DNA of 64,000 bases from Roseomonas sp. (GTDB lineage Bacteria; Pseudomonadota; Alphaproteobacteria; Acetobacterales; Acetobacteraceae). The position numbers and the translations under genes were made by a program. Numbering within the stretch: position 1 is the first letter of the stretch; every line of letters begins with the position of its first letter. The notes below the pieces were generated by a model, which was given only the letters and a program-made list of their open reading frames with translations, did no database searches and was not told where the DNA came from. The stretch lies in the NCBI GenBank assembly GCA_044341625.1, contig JBIIRI010000001.1, positions 6,325 through 70,324 of the forward strand, in the 5' to 3' direction. Shown here in pieces: positions 55,785-64,000 of the stretch.

Positions 55785-56393
55785 ATGGACCCCGCGATCT
55801 GGCTCGCCTTCGTCGCCGCGGCGATCACGATGCTGGTCATTCCCGGCCCGACGATCATGCTGGTGATCGGCCAGTCGCTCGGCGGCGGGGCGCGCAACGC
55901 GCTGCCGCTGGCCGCCGGGGTGGCGCTGGGCGACCTGACGGCGATGACGCTGTCGCTGGCCGGACTGGGGGCGCTGCTGGCGGCCTCGGCAACGGCCTTC
56001 ACGGCCCTGAAATGGGCGGGGGCGGCCTTCCTGCTCTATCTGGGCGTGAAGCTGTGGCGCGCGCCCGTCACGCCGCAAGCCGTCCCGCCGCTGCCCGCGG
56101 GCCAGGCCATGCGGCAGGCCTATGTGGTCACCGCGCTCAATCCGAAGGGGATCGTCTTTTTCGTGGCCTTCGTGCCGCAGTTCCTGGACCCCGCGCGGCC
56201 CTTCCTGGGGCAGGCGGCGATCCTGGTCGCGACCTTCGTCACCCTCGCCGCCGCGAATGCGGCCGCCTATGCGCTGCTGGCCGCGCGCCTGTCGGGCGCG
56301 GTGCGCCGCCCGGGGCTCAGGCGGGCGCTGAACCGGGCCGGCGGGGCGATGCTGGTGGGGGCCGGGCTGCTGGTCGTGTTCAGAAGGTCTTGA
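55785..56393 (+). CDS. LysE/RhtB family exporter
   Basis: PGPTIML, GAAFLLYLG, NPKGIVFF. Confidence 0.92.
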   Translation: MDPAIWLAFVAAAITMLVIPGPTIMLVIGQSLGGGARNALPLAAGVALGDLTAMTLSLAGLGALLAASATAFTALKWAGAAFLLYLGVKLWRAPVTPQAVPPLPAGQAMRQAYVVTALNPKGIVFFVAFVPQFLDPARPFLGQAAILVATFVTLAAANAAAYALLAARLSGAVRRPGLRRALNRAGGAMLVGAGLLVVFRRS

Positions 56394-56468
56394 GTCCGCC
56401 GCCGCCCAGGCCGAGATTGCAGCCCTGCGGCCGGCGGAGGGGATCCCGGTCGCCCGAGGGTGTCCAGC

Positions 56469-56876
56469 ATGCGCGACGACTACAGCGAGACCACACGCTC
56501 GATCCGCGTCGCGGTCCGCGCCTTCTACCTGGCCGACCAGTCGGAGCCGGAGCGCGGCCATTTCGTCTGGGCCTATCGGGTCGCCATCACCAATGAGGGC
56601 CAGGACACGGTGCAGCTGCTGAAGCGCAGCTGGCAGATCACCGACGGGCTGGGCCGCACCCAGGCCGTGCAGGGGGACGGCGTGGTGGGCGAGACGCCGG
56701 TGCTCGAACCGGGCCAGAGCTTCGAATACACCTCTGGCACCCCGCTGCCGACCGCATCGGGCTTCATGCGCGGGGCCTATCACATGGTGGTCCGCGGCAC
56801 CGGGGAAGCCTTCGACGTGCGGATCCCCGCCTTCAGCCTGGACAGCCCGCACCAGCCGACCAGCCGGGTGCATTGA
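56469..56876 (+). CDS. apaG: ApaG protein
   Basis: AYRVAITN, RSWQITD, GDGVVGETP, YTSGTPL. Confidence 0.95.
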   Translation: MRDDYSETTRSIRVAVRAFYLADQSEPERGHFVWAYRVAITNEGQDTVQLLKRSWQITDGLGRTQAVQGDGVVGETPVLEPGQSFEYTSGTPLPTASGFMRGAYHMVVRGTGEAFDVRIPAFSLDSPHQPTSRVH

Positions 56877-57088
56877 AGGCCACGCCTGGGAAGGCCGCCC
56901 CTGGGAGGGCCACGCCGGCCGGCAGGCTCTGACATCACGCGGACGCGTTATCGCCCCCCCACCATTCCGGCAGTTGCGGGATCGCGGATCGTCCCCATGT
57001 GCGTGACGGGGAAGGAAGGCGCCGTGGCGCGGCGGCGCGGTATCGCACACGCCGCATCTTGATGGGCTGAAGCCCGAGGATCGAGACC

Positions 57089-57730
57089 TTGAATATCCAG
57101 ACCCCCGCCGGCCAGCTCGGTGAACCCCAGGCCAGTACCGAGGAACGCCCGACGCAGGAGCAGGCCGAGCAGGCCATCCGCACCCTGCTGCGCTGGGCCG
57201 GCGACAACCCGACCCGGGAAGGCCTTCTCGACACGCCGAAGCGCGTGGCCAAGGCCTATCGCGAATGGTTCTGCGGCTATGAGGAAGATCCCGTCGAGCT
57301 GCTCGCCCGCTCCTTCGAGGAGACGGATGGCTATGACGAGATGGTGCTGCTGCGCGACATCCGCCTCGAGAGCACCTGCGAGCACCACATGGCGCCGATC
57401 CTGGGCCGGGTGCATGTCGCCTACCTGCCGTCCGGCCGGGTGGTCGGCATCAGCAAGCTGGCACGCGTGGTCGAGGCCTATTCCAAGCGCCTGCAGATCC
57501 AGGAAAAGATGACGGCGCAGATCGCCAACACCATCAACGACGTGCTGAAGCCCAAGGGCGTGGCCGTGGTGGTGGAAGCGGCGCACCAGTGCATGACCAC
57601 GCGTGGCGTGCACAAGCCGGGCGTCACCATGGTGACCAGCCGGATGCTGGGTGCCTTCCGCGACGACCCGTCCACCCGGCGGGAAGTGCTCGCGATGATC
57701 GCCGCGCCGCGCGGCACCGCGGAAGGCTGA
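57089..57730 (+). CDS. folE: GTP cyclohydrolase I
   Basis: [31 protein letters not shown]; TTG start after GAGGA. Confidence 0.96.
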   Translation: MNIQTPAGQLGEPQASTEERPTQEQAEQAIRTLLRWAGDNPTREGLLDTPKRVAKAYREWFCGYEEDPVELLARSFEETDGYDEMVLLRDIRLESTCEHHMAPILGRVHVAYLPSGRVVGISKLARVVEAYSKRLQIQEKMTAQIANTINDVLKPKGVAVVVEAAHQCMTTRGVHKPGVTMVTSRMLGAFRDDPSTRREVLAMIAAPRGTAEG

Positions 57731-57847
57731 TCCGCGCAGGCGGGCGGCGCCGCGGCAACGCAGCGCCACCGCGCCGGCACGGCGCATGATCCGCCCCCCG
57801 CAAAGCCGCGTCAGGCCTTCGGCGCGAAGCGGTTTTGCCGGCGGTTC

Positions 57848-58489
57848 TCAGCGCCGCGGCAAATCCTCACGCTCGATGCCGCCGGCGCCGGCCGGGGCGG
57901 CGGCCGAGCCGGCCGGCTCCACCCATTCCCGCAGATTGCGGCGCACCTGAAACTCCAGCTCGACATTCAGGTCGTCCATAGCCTGGCGGACGATCTCCTC
58001 CGCCGCGCGGCGGCGATCGGCGGCAGAGGTGCCGTCCGGCAGCGTGCGCTGGCGGCGCGCCTGGGATTCGACGAAGGCAGCGCGCCGTCCATCCGCCCCG
58101 AGGATCTCGAGCCGCCCTTCCAGCCGGACCGCCAGCCTCTCACCCGGGTCGCCGCTGAACATGCCGACAAGCCCGCCCGGGCCCGCCAGCTGTTCCCGGC
58201 GGAACTCGGCCGCCTGGACCAGGAAGCGGGCCTTGGCCCTGGTGCCCATCGCGACCAGCCGGTCTTCCGCCATGCGGACCATCTCGGCATCCGGCCGGAG
58301 GGGCACGGGCAGGTCGATGCGGACGGCGGTCGCGGCGGGGGGCACCACCTCCACCTCGGCTACGTTCAGGCGGATCGGCGTCAGGTGGCGATAGCCGCTG
58401 ACCAGCGGCTGCAACGTCTCCGGCGTTCCGCTGGCGCAGGCGGTGGCGGCCAAGGGCAGGGCGAGCAGCATCGTCCGGCGCGTGAACAT
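57848..58489 (-). CDS. Putative lipoprotein of unknown function
   Basis: TRR..LLALPLAATAC lipoprotein-like signal. Confidence 0.65.
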   Translation of the reverse strand: MFTRRTMLLALPLAATACASGTPETLQPLVSGYRHLTPIRLNVAEVEVVPPAATAVRIDLPVPLRPDAEMVRMAEDRLVAMGTRAKARFLVQAAEFRREQLAGPGGLVGMFSGDPGERLAVRLEGRLEILGADGRRAAFVESQARRQRTLPDGTSAADRRRAAEEIVRQAMDDLNVELEFQVRRNLREWVEPAGSAAAPAGAGGIEREDLPRR

Positions 58490-58563
58490 CGTGGGGACCC
58501 CCTTGGAATATGGCCGCAATCTAGATCAGGGCCGGCCCGGTTGGAACCGCGCCGGCACCAAGG

Positions 58564-59811
58564 CTAGCCGGCTGGGGCGGCCAGCAGCATCCGGTTCAGG
58601 CGTTCCATGGCACGCGACAGCTCCGCGCGGTCGCGCGCGACCTGCTCGGGCGCCGCGCCGGCCGCGACGACCTCGGCCACGATCTCGCCCCAGCTTCGCT
58701 TGCCATCCACCCGCGCCAGCAGCGCGCCGGCCAGCCGGGGCAGCGGGACCTGGGCGCGCAGCCCGTCCCAGGTCACCGGCAACACGCCATCCGCCCGCAA
58801 GCCCTTGGCCAGCGCCGGTCCGTCCAGTTCGCGCAGCACCGGCACGGCGGCGTCATCCTCCCAGGGCGGGGCCGCGACCGGATCCTCGGCGCGGACGCAA
58901 TAGGCAATGTGGATGCCCATATTGCCGCAGATCGCCTCCGCCAGCGCCGCCCGCCCGATCGGGTCGAGCTCCGCGCCCAGCCCGCGCAACCTGGGGTCCG
59001 CCAGCCAGGTATCGGGATCGTAGCGCAGCGGCTCCACCAACGTCGCGATGCGCAGGCCCGCCCCGGCGACCAGGGCGGCCAGCTGCGGCACGGTGAAGGC
59101 GACATCGCGCGGGTTCAGCAGCAGGTCATAGAGCCCCGCATCGCCGCCCCGGATGTGGTCGTCGATCCAGGGGTTCTTCTTGAGCCATGCGGTCTCCGGC
59201 AGCGCCTTCCACAGCCGCTTCGCCACATCGACGCGGGCGGGCGGCGGGTTCTCGGCCGGGGCGAGCAGCCGCAGCGCGTCCTGCAGCATGTAGACGCCGG
59301 TGCGCCCATGCGGCGCATAGACCATCAGCCCGATCCCACCCCCCGGCGCCAGCACCGAGGCCAGCGCCGCCAGCCCTTCCGCCGGGTCGGGCAGGTGGTG
59401 CAGCACGCCGCAGCAATCGATGTAGTCGAAGGGGCCGAGCCCCGAGCGCGGCAGGTCCAGGATCGAGCCTTCCTCGAAGGCGATGTTCTCCAGCTTCCGC
59501 GCTTGGGCGCGCGCGGTCGCGACCTTCCGCGCATGCCCCGAGCGGTCGAGCCAGGTGACGGAGCCCGACCGCCCCGCCCAGGCCATCTGCTGGGCCAGCA
59601 TGAGGGTGCCATCCCCCGACCCGCCGCCCGCCATCAGCGCCTTCAGCGGCCGCGAGGCCGGGCGCCGGGCGCCGAAGACCCAATGATCGACCTCCCGGAG
59701 GTGGGAGGGGCTGCCGACGACAAGGCGCCGCGCTTCCTCCCGCGGGTCGCGGGCGGGGTAGGGATAGGCCTCGTATTGGGCGGCAAGCTGGCGGTCGGTG
59801 AGGTCGCTCAT
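58564..59811 (-). CDS. Class I SAM-dependent methyltransferase with a C-terminal extension
   Basis: YEAYPYP, AGGGSG, FDYIDCCGVLHHLPDP, LAPGG. Confidence 0.85.
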   Translation of the reverse strand: MSDLTDRQLAAQYEAYPYPARDPREEARRLVVGSPSHLREVDHWVFGARRPASRPLKALMAGGGSGDGTLMLAQQMAWAGRSGSVTWLDRSGHARKVATARAQARKLENIAFEEGSILDLPRSGLGPFDYIDCCGVLHHLPDPAEGLAALASVLAPGGGIGLMVYAPHGRTGVYMLQDALRLLAPAENPPPARVDVAKRLWKALPETAWLKKNPWIDDHIRGGDAGLYDLLLNPRDVAFTVPQLAALVAGAGLRIATLVEPLRYDPDTWLADPRLRGLGAELDPIGRAALAEAICGNMGIHIAYCVRAEDPVAAPPWEDDAAVPVLRELDGPALAKGLRADGVLPVTWDGLRAQVPLPRLAGALLARVDGKRSWGEIVAEVVAAGAAPEQVARDRAELSRAMERLNRMLLAAPAG

Positions 59812-59857
59812 GGCCTGCGTGCATAGGCGTATGGCGCGCCGGGCGGAAGGCGGGCGG

Positions 59858-59886
59858 TTGTCCGGCCCCCGGCCGCGCCGTATCTA
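59858..59886 (+). promoter_or_regulatory. sigma70-type promoter TTGTCC-N17-TATCTA (leaderless start)
   Basis: The -10 hexamer ends 7 nt before ATG 59893. Confidence 0.45.
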
Positions 59887-59892
59887 GCGCGG

Positions 59893-60450
59893 ATGCCCCG
59901 CAACCTTATCCTTGCCGCAGCGTCGCTGCTGGCGGCTTCCTTGGCCGTGGCGCCGGCAGCCGCCCAGGCCCAAACCCAGTCCCAGGGCCAGGCGGCGCGC
60001 GCGCAGCCGACCCGGATCGGCACGTTCCAGAACTGGATCGCCGCGCACACCCAGGAACAGGGGCAGAAGGTCTGTTACGCCTTCACCAACCCCACCCGCA
60101 GCGAAGGCGGGCCGCAGAACCGCAGCACCGTCACCCTCACCGTCACCCATCGCCAAACGGGGCGCGATCAGGTCGCGGTCTCGGTCGGCTACCCCTATGC
60201 GCGCCAGGCGGAGGCGGTGTTGACGGTCGGCACGACCGAGTTCCGATCCTACGCAACGGTGCAATCCAGCGCCTTCTTCCAGAACGGCGCGCAGCTGATC
60301 GGCGCCTTCCGCAACGGGCGCGATGCGGTGGTTCGCAGCCCCGGCCCGCCCGGGCGCGGCGCGGTGACGGACACCTTCCCGCTGGCCGGCTTCTCGGCGG
60401 CCTATGAGGCGATCTCCCGCGAATGCCCGGCGCCGAGGCCCGCGCGATGA
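59893..60450 (+). CDS. Invasion-associated locus B (IalB) family periplasmic protein
   Basis: Signal peptide, FQNW...[21 protein letters not shown]. Confidence 0.8.
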   Translation: MPRNLILAAASLLAASLAVAPAAAQAQTQSQGQAARAQPTRIGTFQNWIAAHTQEQGQKVCYAFTNPTRSEGGPQNRSTVTLTVTHRQTGRDQVAVSVGYPYARQAEAVLTVGTTEFRSYATVQSSAFFQNGAQLIGAFRNGRDAVVRSPGPPGRGAVTDTFPLAGFSAAYEAISRECPAPRPAR

Positions 60451-61640
60451 GCGACGCGGCGGCGCTGCCCACGCAGGACCTCACGGCGCAGGAACGCGAC
60501 CGCATCCTGGCCAAGGCCGCGTTGTTCGCGCCGCCCCCCGCGACCCTGCCCGATGGCCGCCGCGACCTGGTCGGCCTGTCGCGGGCGGAGCTGGAGGCGG
60601 AGATGGTCGCGATCGGGGAGAAGCCCTTCCGCGCCCGGCAGATCTGGCACTGGATCTACCACCAGGGCGAGACCGACTTTTCCCGCATGCCGACCATCGC
60701 CAAGCCGATGCAGGCAAAGCTGGCGGAACGCTTCGTCGTCGGCCGGCCAGAGGTCACGGCCGTCCAGACCAGCGAGGACACGACGCGGAAATTCCTGTTC
60801 CGCTGGCGTGATGGCCAGCAGGTCGAGACCGTCTACATCCCCGACCGGCACGAGGATCGCGGCGCCGTCTGCATCAGCACCCAGGTGGGCTGCACCCTGT
60901 CCTGCACCTTCTGCCACACCGGCACGCAGAAGCTGGTGCGGAACCTGGGCGCGGCGGAGATCGTCGGCCAGTTCATGGCCGCGCGCGACAGCTATGGCGA
61001 ATGGCCCAGCCCGAAGGACGGCACGCCGCGCCTGCTGTCCAACATCGTCGTCATGGGCATGGGCGAGCCACTCTATAACTACGAGGCCACCGCCAAGGCC
61101 CTGAAGATCGTCATGGACCATGAGGGCATCGGCCTGTCCCGCCGGCGCATCACGCTGTCCACCTCCGGCGTCGTGCCGATGATGGATCGCTGCGGGCAGG
61201 AACTGGGCGTCGGCCTCGCGGTGTCGCTGCATGCGGTGACGAACGAGCTGCGCAACGAGATCGTGCCGCTGAACCGCAAATACCCGATCGAGGAGCTGCT
61301 GGCCGCCTGCCGCCGCTATCCCGGCGCGTCCAATGCGCGGCGCATCACCTTCGAATACGTCATGCTGCGCGGCGTGAACGACAGCGAGGCCGAGGCGCGC
61401 GAGCTCGTGCGGTTGCTCAAGGGCATCCCCGCGAAGGTGAACCTGATCCCCTTCAACCCCTGGCCGGGCAGCCCCTATCTCACCAGCCGGACGGAGCAGG
61501 TGCAGCGCTTCGCCGACATCGTGATGGATGCCGGCTATTCCAGCCCGATCCGCCGCCCGCGCGGGCGCGACATCCTCGCGGCCTGCGGCCAGCTGAAGAC
61601 CGAGAGCGAGCGCGCGCGGAAGAAGGCGGGCCCAGCGTGA
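60447..61640 (+). CDS. rlmN: 23S rRNA/tRNA m2A methyltransferase RlmN
   Basis: [31 protein letters not shown]. Confidence 0.97.
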   Translation: MSDAAALPTQDLTAQERDRILAKAALFAPPPATLPDGRRDLVGLSRAELEAEMVAIGEKPFRARQIWHWIYHQGETDFSRMPTIAKPMQAKLAERFVVGRPEVTAVQTSEDTTRKFLFRWRDGQQVETVYIPDRHEDRGAVCISTQVGCTLSCTFCHTGTQKLVRNLGAAEIVGQFMAARDSYGEWPSPKDGTPRLLSNIVVMGMGEPLYNYEATAKALKIVMDHEGIGLSRRRITLSTSGVVPMMDRCGQELGVGLAVSLHAVTNELRNEIVPLNRKYPIEELLAACRRYPGASNARRITFEYVMLRGVNDSEAEARELVRLLKGIPAKVNLIPFNPWPGSPYLTSRTEQVQRFADIVMDAGYSSPIRRPRGRDILAACGQLKTESERARKKAGPA

Positions 61641-62179
61641 GGGGCCTGGTGCGGGCCGTCGCGGCAAGCCCGGCGCATGGATTCTCCAAGCCTGCTCTGC
61701 CCGCCATCCGCCTGTTGGCGGGGCTCGGGGTTGAGGGCGATGCCCATTGCGGCGTGACGGTGAAGCACCGTTCCCGCGTCGCGAAGGACCCCACCCAACC
61801 CAATCTGCGCCAGCTGCACCTGATCCATGCCGAATTGTTCGCGGAACTCGCGGCCGCCGGCTTTACCCTCGCGCCCGGCGTGCTGGGGGAGAATGTGACG
61901 ACAGAGGGCCTCGACCTGCTCGCCCTGCCGCGCGGCACAAGGCTGCATCTGGGCGAGAGCGCTGTCGCGGAGGTCACCGGGCTGCGGAACCCGTGCTGGC
62001 AGATCGACACAATCCAGGCCGGGCTGATGCAGGCCTGCCTCGGCCGCGACGCGGCGGGGGGCTTGGTTCGCAAGACCGGGGTGATGGCGGTGGTGCTGGC
62101 CGGCGGCGATGTCGCGCCCGGCGATGCGATCCGCGTGGTGCTGCCACCCCGGCCGCACGAGCCGCTCGGCGTTGTCTGA
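61637..62179 (+). CDS. MOSC domain protein
   Basis: GVEGDAH, LGENVTT, RNPCWQI, GDAIRV. Confidence 0.88.
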   Translation: MRGLVRAVAASPAHGFSKPALPAIRLLAGLGVEGDAHCGVTVKHRSRVAKDPTQPNLRQLHLIHAELFAELAAAGFTLAPGVLGENVTTEGLDLLALPRGTRLHLGESAVAEVTGLRNPCWQIDTIQAGLMQACLGRDAAGGLVRKTGVMAVVLAGGDVAPGDAIRVVLPPRPHEPLGVV

Positions 62180-63347
62180 CGCCAGCCGGGTCTCGCCGCC
62201 GATCTGGCTGATGGCGCTGGCCGCCTTCACCGTCGGCTGCGGGATGCGGGTGCTGGATCCGCTGATGCCGATGATGGCGCGCGATTTCGGGGTCAGCCTG
62301 GCCGCCGTGGCGCCGCTGATCGGCGGCTTCGCGCTGGCGTATGGGCTGGGCCAGCTCGGCGCCGGGCCGGTCGGGGATGCGCTGGGCAAGCTGCGCGTCA
62401 CGGCGGTGGCGATCGGGCTGTATGCGGGCACCCTGGTCGGCGCGGCGCTAGTGCCTGACCTTGGCGGGCTGCTGGCGATGCGCGTGGTCTCGGGGCTGGT
62501 CGCGGCGGCGACGATCCCGCTGATGATGGCGCATATCGGCGATGCCGTGCCCTATGACCGGCGCCAAGCGGTGCTCGGGCAATTCATGACCGGCATGGTG
62601 ATGGCGCAGCTCCTGGCCGGGCCGATTTCCGGCGTGGTCGGGGAATGGGCAGGCTGGCGGGCGTCATTCCTTGTGCTCGGGCTGCTGGCGGCGGCGATCG
62701 CGGTCGTCTTCGCGGTGCTGATCGGCCCGGCCTGGCGCGTCGGCGGCCGTGGGCGGCAGGCGATGGGGCTTGGCGGGTTCCTCCGCGTGTTCGGCCGGCC
62801 AGCCGGGCGGCGGCTGATGCTGGCCGCGGCGGGCGACGGGGCGCTGCTGTTCGGCGGCGCCTTTCCCTTCGTCGCCTCCTACCTCATCGAGGGCTTCGCG
62901 CTGTCGGCGGCCGAGGCGGGGCTGATCGCGGCGGGCTTCGGGCTCGGGTCGCTCGCCTATACGCGCTGCGCGCCGTGGCTGGTGCGGCGCTTCGGCGAGC
63001 GGGGGATGGTGCTGTGGGGCGGCATCGGGCTGGCGGCGGGGCTGACCGGGATCGCGCTCGCGCCGTCCTGGTGGGTGGTGGCCCTGGCGCAGGTTGCGAT
63101 GGGGCTGCTGTTCTTCATGCTGCATGGCGTCCTGCAGGCCCGCGCGACGGAAGCGCTGCCGGAGGCGCGCGGCACGGCGGTGGCGAGCTTCGCCATGTCG
63201 CTGTTCCTCGGCCAGAGCCTGGGCGCGGTGATCTTCGGCACGCTGATCGCGACCGCCGGCTTCGCCCTGTCCTTCCTGGTGGCGGCGGTCGGCATCCTGG
63301 CGCTCGCATTCGCCATCGGCCGCTGGGTCATTCCGCGCCAAGCCTGA
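62172..63347 (+). CDS. MFS transporter
   Basis: About 12 TM segments, GPVGDALGK; probable TTG start. Confidence 0.85.
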   Translation: MSDASRVSPPIWLMALAAFTVGCGMRVLDPLMPMMARDFGVSLAAVAPLIGGFALAYGLGQLGAGPVGDALGKLRVTAVAIGLYAGTLVGAALVPDLGGLLAMRVVSGLVAAATIPLMMAHIGDAVPYDRRQAVLGQFMTGMVMAQLLAGPISGVVGEWAGWRASFLVLGLLAAAIAVVFAVLIGPAWRVGGRGRQAMGLGGFLRVFGRPAGRRLMLAAAGDGALLFGGAFPFVASYLIEGFALSAAEAGLIAAGFGLGSLAYTRCAPWLVRRFGERGMVLWGGIGLAAGLTGIALAPSWWVVALAQVAMGLLFFMLHGVLQARATEALPEARGTAVASFAMSLFLGQSLGAVIFGTLIATAGFALSFLVAAVGILALAFAIGRWVIPRQA

Positions 63348-63390
63348 CAAGCGCCAGCGCACGCGGCGAACGAGGGGGGGCGCGGCCGGC

Positions 63391-63424
63391 AAAGAAAAAG
63401 GGCCACCGCTTGCGCGGTGGCCCT
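63391..63424 (-). terminator. Rho-independent terminator downstream of the tRNA
   Basis: AGGGCCACCGC-TTGC-GCGGTGGCCCT with an A-tract on its left. Confidence 0.8.
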
Positions 63425-63459
63425 GATCCTGGCGCGCCGGGCAAGCCGCGCGCCGAAAC

Positions 63460-63535
<76 letters not shown>

Positions 63536-63676
63536 GTAGTCGCGGGAGGCGCCCTATAGCTTCCGTGTTCGGGGGGCGCAAGCCTCCCGCCCGCCTCTTC
63601 GTGCAACCGCCCCCTTCCCTGTCGCGACGCCCCCCAATAGGGTGCGCGGCACCAGACCAAGGGAACCCCACCCGCC

Positions 63677-64000
63677 ATGCGCAAAGTCCATCCGGATGCG
63701 AGGACCGCCCTCGCCGGGCTGCTGAAGGACGGCATGACCATCATGTCCGGCGGCTTCGGCATCTCCGGCATCCCGTCCCTGCTGATCGAGGCGATTCGGG
63801 AAAGTGGCGTGAAGGATCTCACCATCATCTCGAACAATGCCGGCATCGACGGGGTCGGACTCGGCGTGCTGCTGCAGACGCGCCAGATCCGGAAGATGAT
63901 CAGCTCCTATGTCGGGGAGAACGCGACCTTCGCGAAGCAGTACCTGGCCGGTGAGTTGGAGATCGAGTTCAACCCGCAGGGCACGCTGGCGGAGCGCATC
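63677..64000 (+). CDS. scoA: 3-oxoacid CoA-transferase subunit A (truncated by the window end)
   Basis: [30 protein letters not shown]; read manually, absent from the ORF track because it has no stop. Confidence 0.9.
   Translation, partial: MRKVHPDARTALAGLLKDGMTIMSGGFGISGIPSLLIEAIRESGVKDLTIISNNAGIDGVGLGVLLQTRQIRKMISSYVGENATFAKQYLAGELEIEFNPQGTLAERI

Noticed and set aside
56875-56916. Short 15-nt tandem repeat (GAAGGCCACGCCTGG x about 2.8) after apaG
   Set aside because: Degenerate, short and GC-rich; no evidence of function.
56935-57088. THF-II (folE motif) riboswitch upstream of folE
   Set aside because: The conserved CCGUUCAACUCG-type core that I recall for this motif is not present.

Overview
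Very GC-rich alphaproteobacterial chromosomal DNA. Gene content and style suggest a Roseomonas-like member of the Acetobacteraceae; this is inference, as no marker search was run. The window is a dense mix of housekeeping and metabolic genes, with no integrase, transposase, prophage or CRISPR array visible. Main content: a TRAP transporter operon with a MaoC hydratase, a Gci-like enolase and tlyA; a REC-EAL phosphodiesterase; dcp; mmsB; an SltF-like transglycosylase; tspO; a complete acpXL-fabZXL-fabF2XL-fabF1XL-adhA2XL-lpxXL very-long-chain fatty acid lipid A cluster; rnpB; accA; argG; thrC-M16-pmbA; a Tim44-domain gene; a Tat-type MnSOD; xth; eutBC; a dpp ABC operon; a GbsR-type regulator with cydAB; apaG; folE; rlmN; tRNA-Ala(GGC); and the start of a CoA-transferase alpha subunit. 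The most novel-looking signals are non-coding. (1) A dispersed mosaic of four hairpins, about 100-145 nt, present in four copies with compensatory base changes and placed at or just after gene ends. (2) A candidate sRNA of about 110 nt with its own promoter and terminator. (3) Several operator and promoter motifs: a shared GntR-like palindrome, sigma54, EcfG and a GbsR-type palindrome. Several enzymes also show substitutions at catalytic residues (SOD Tyr34-equivalent to Gln, an SDR lacking its Tyr, a KS lacking its Cys, an MDR lacking catalytic Zn ligands). All family calls come from motif recognition by eye, not database searches.
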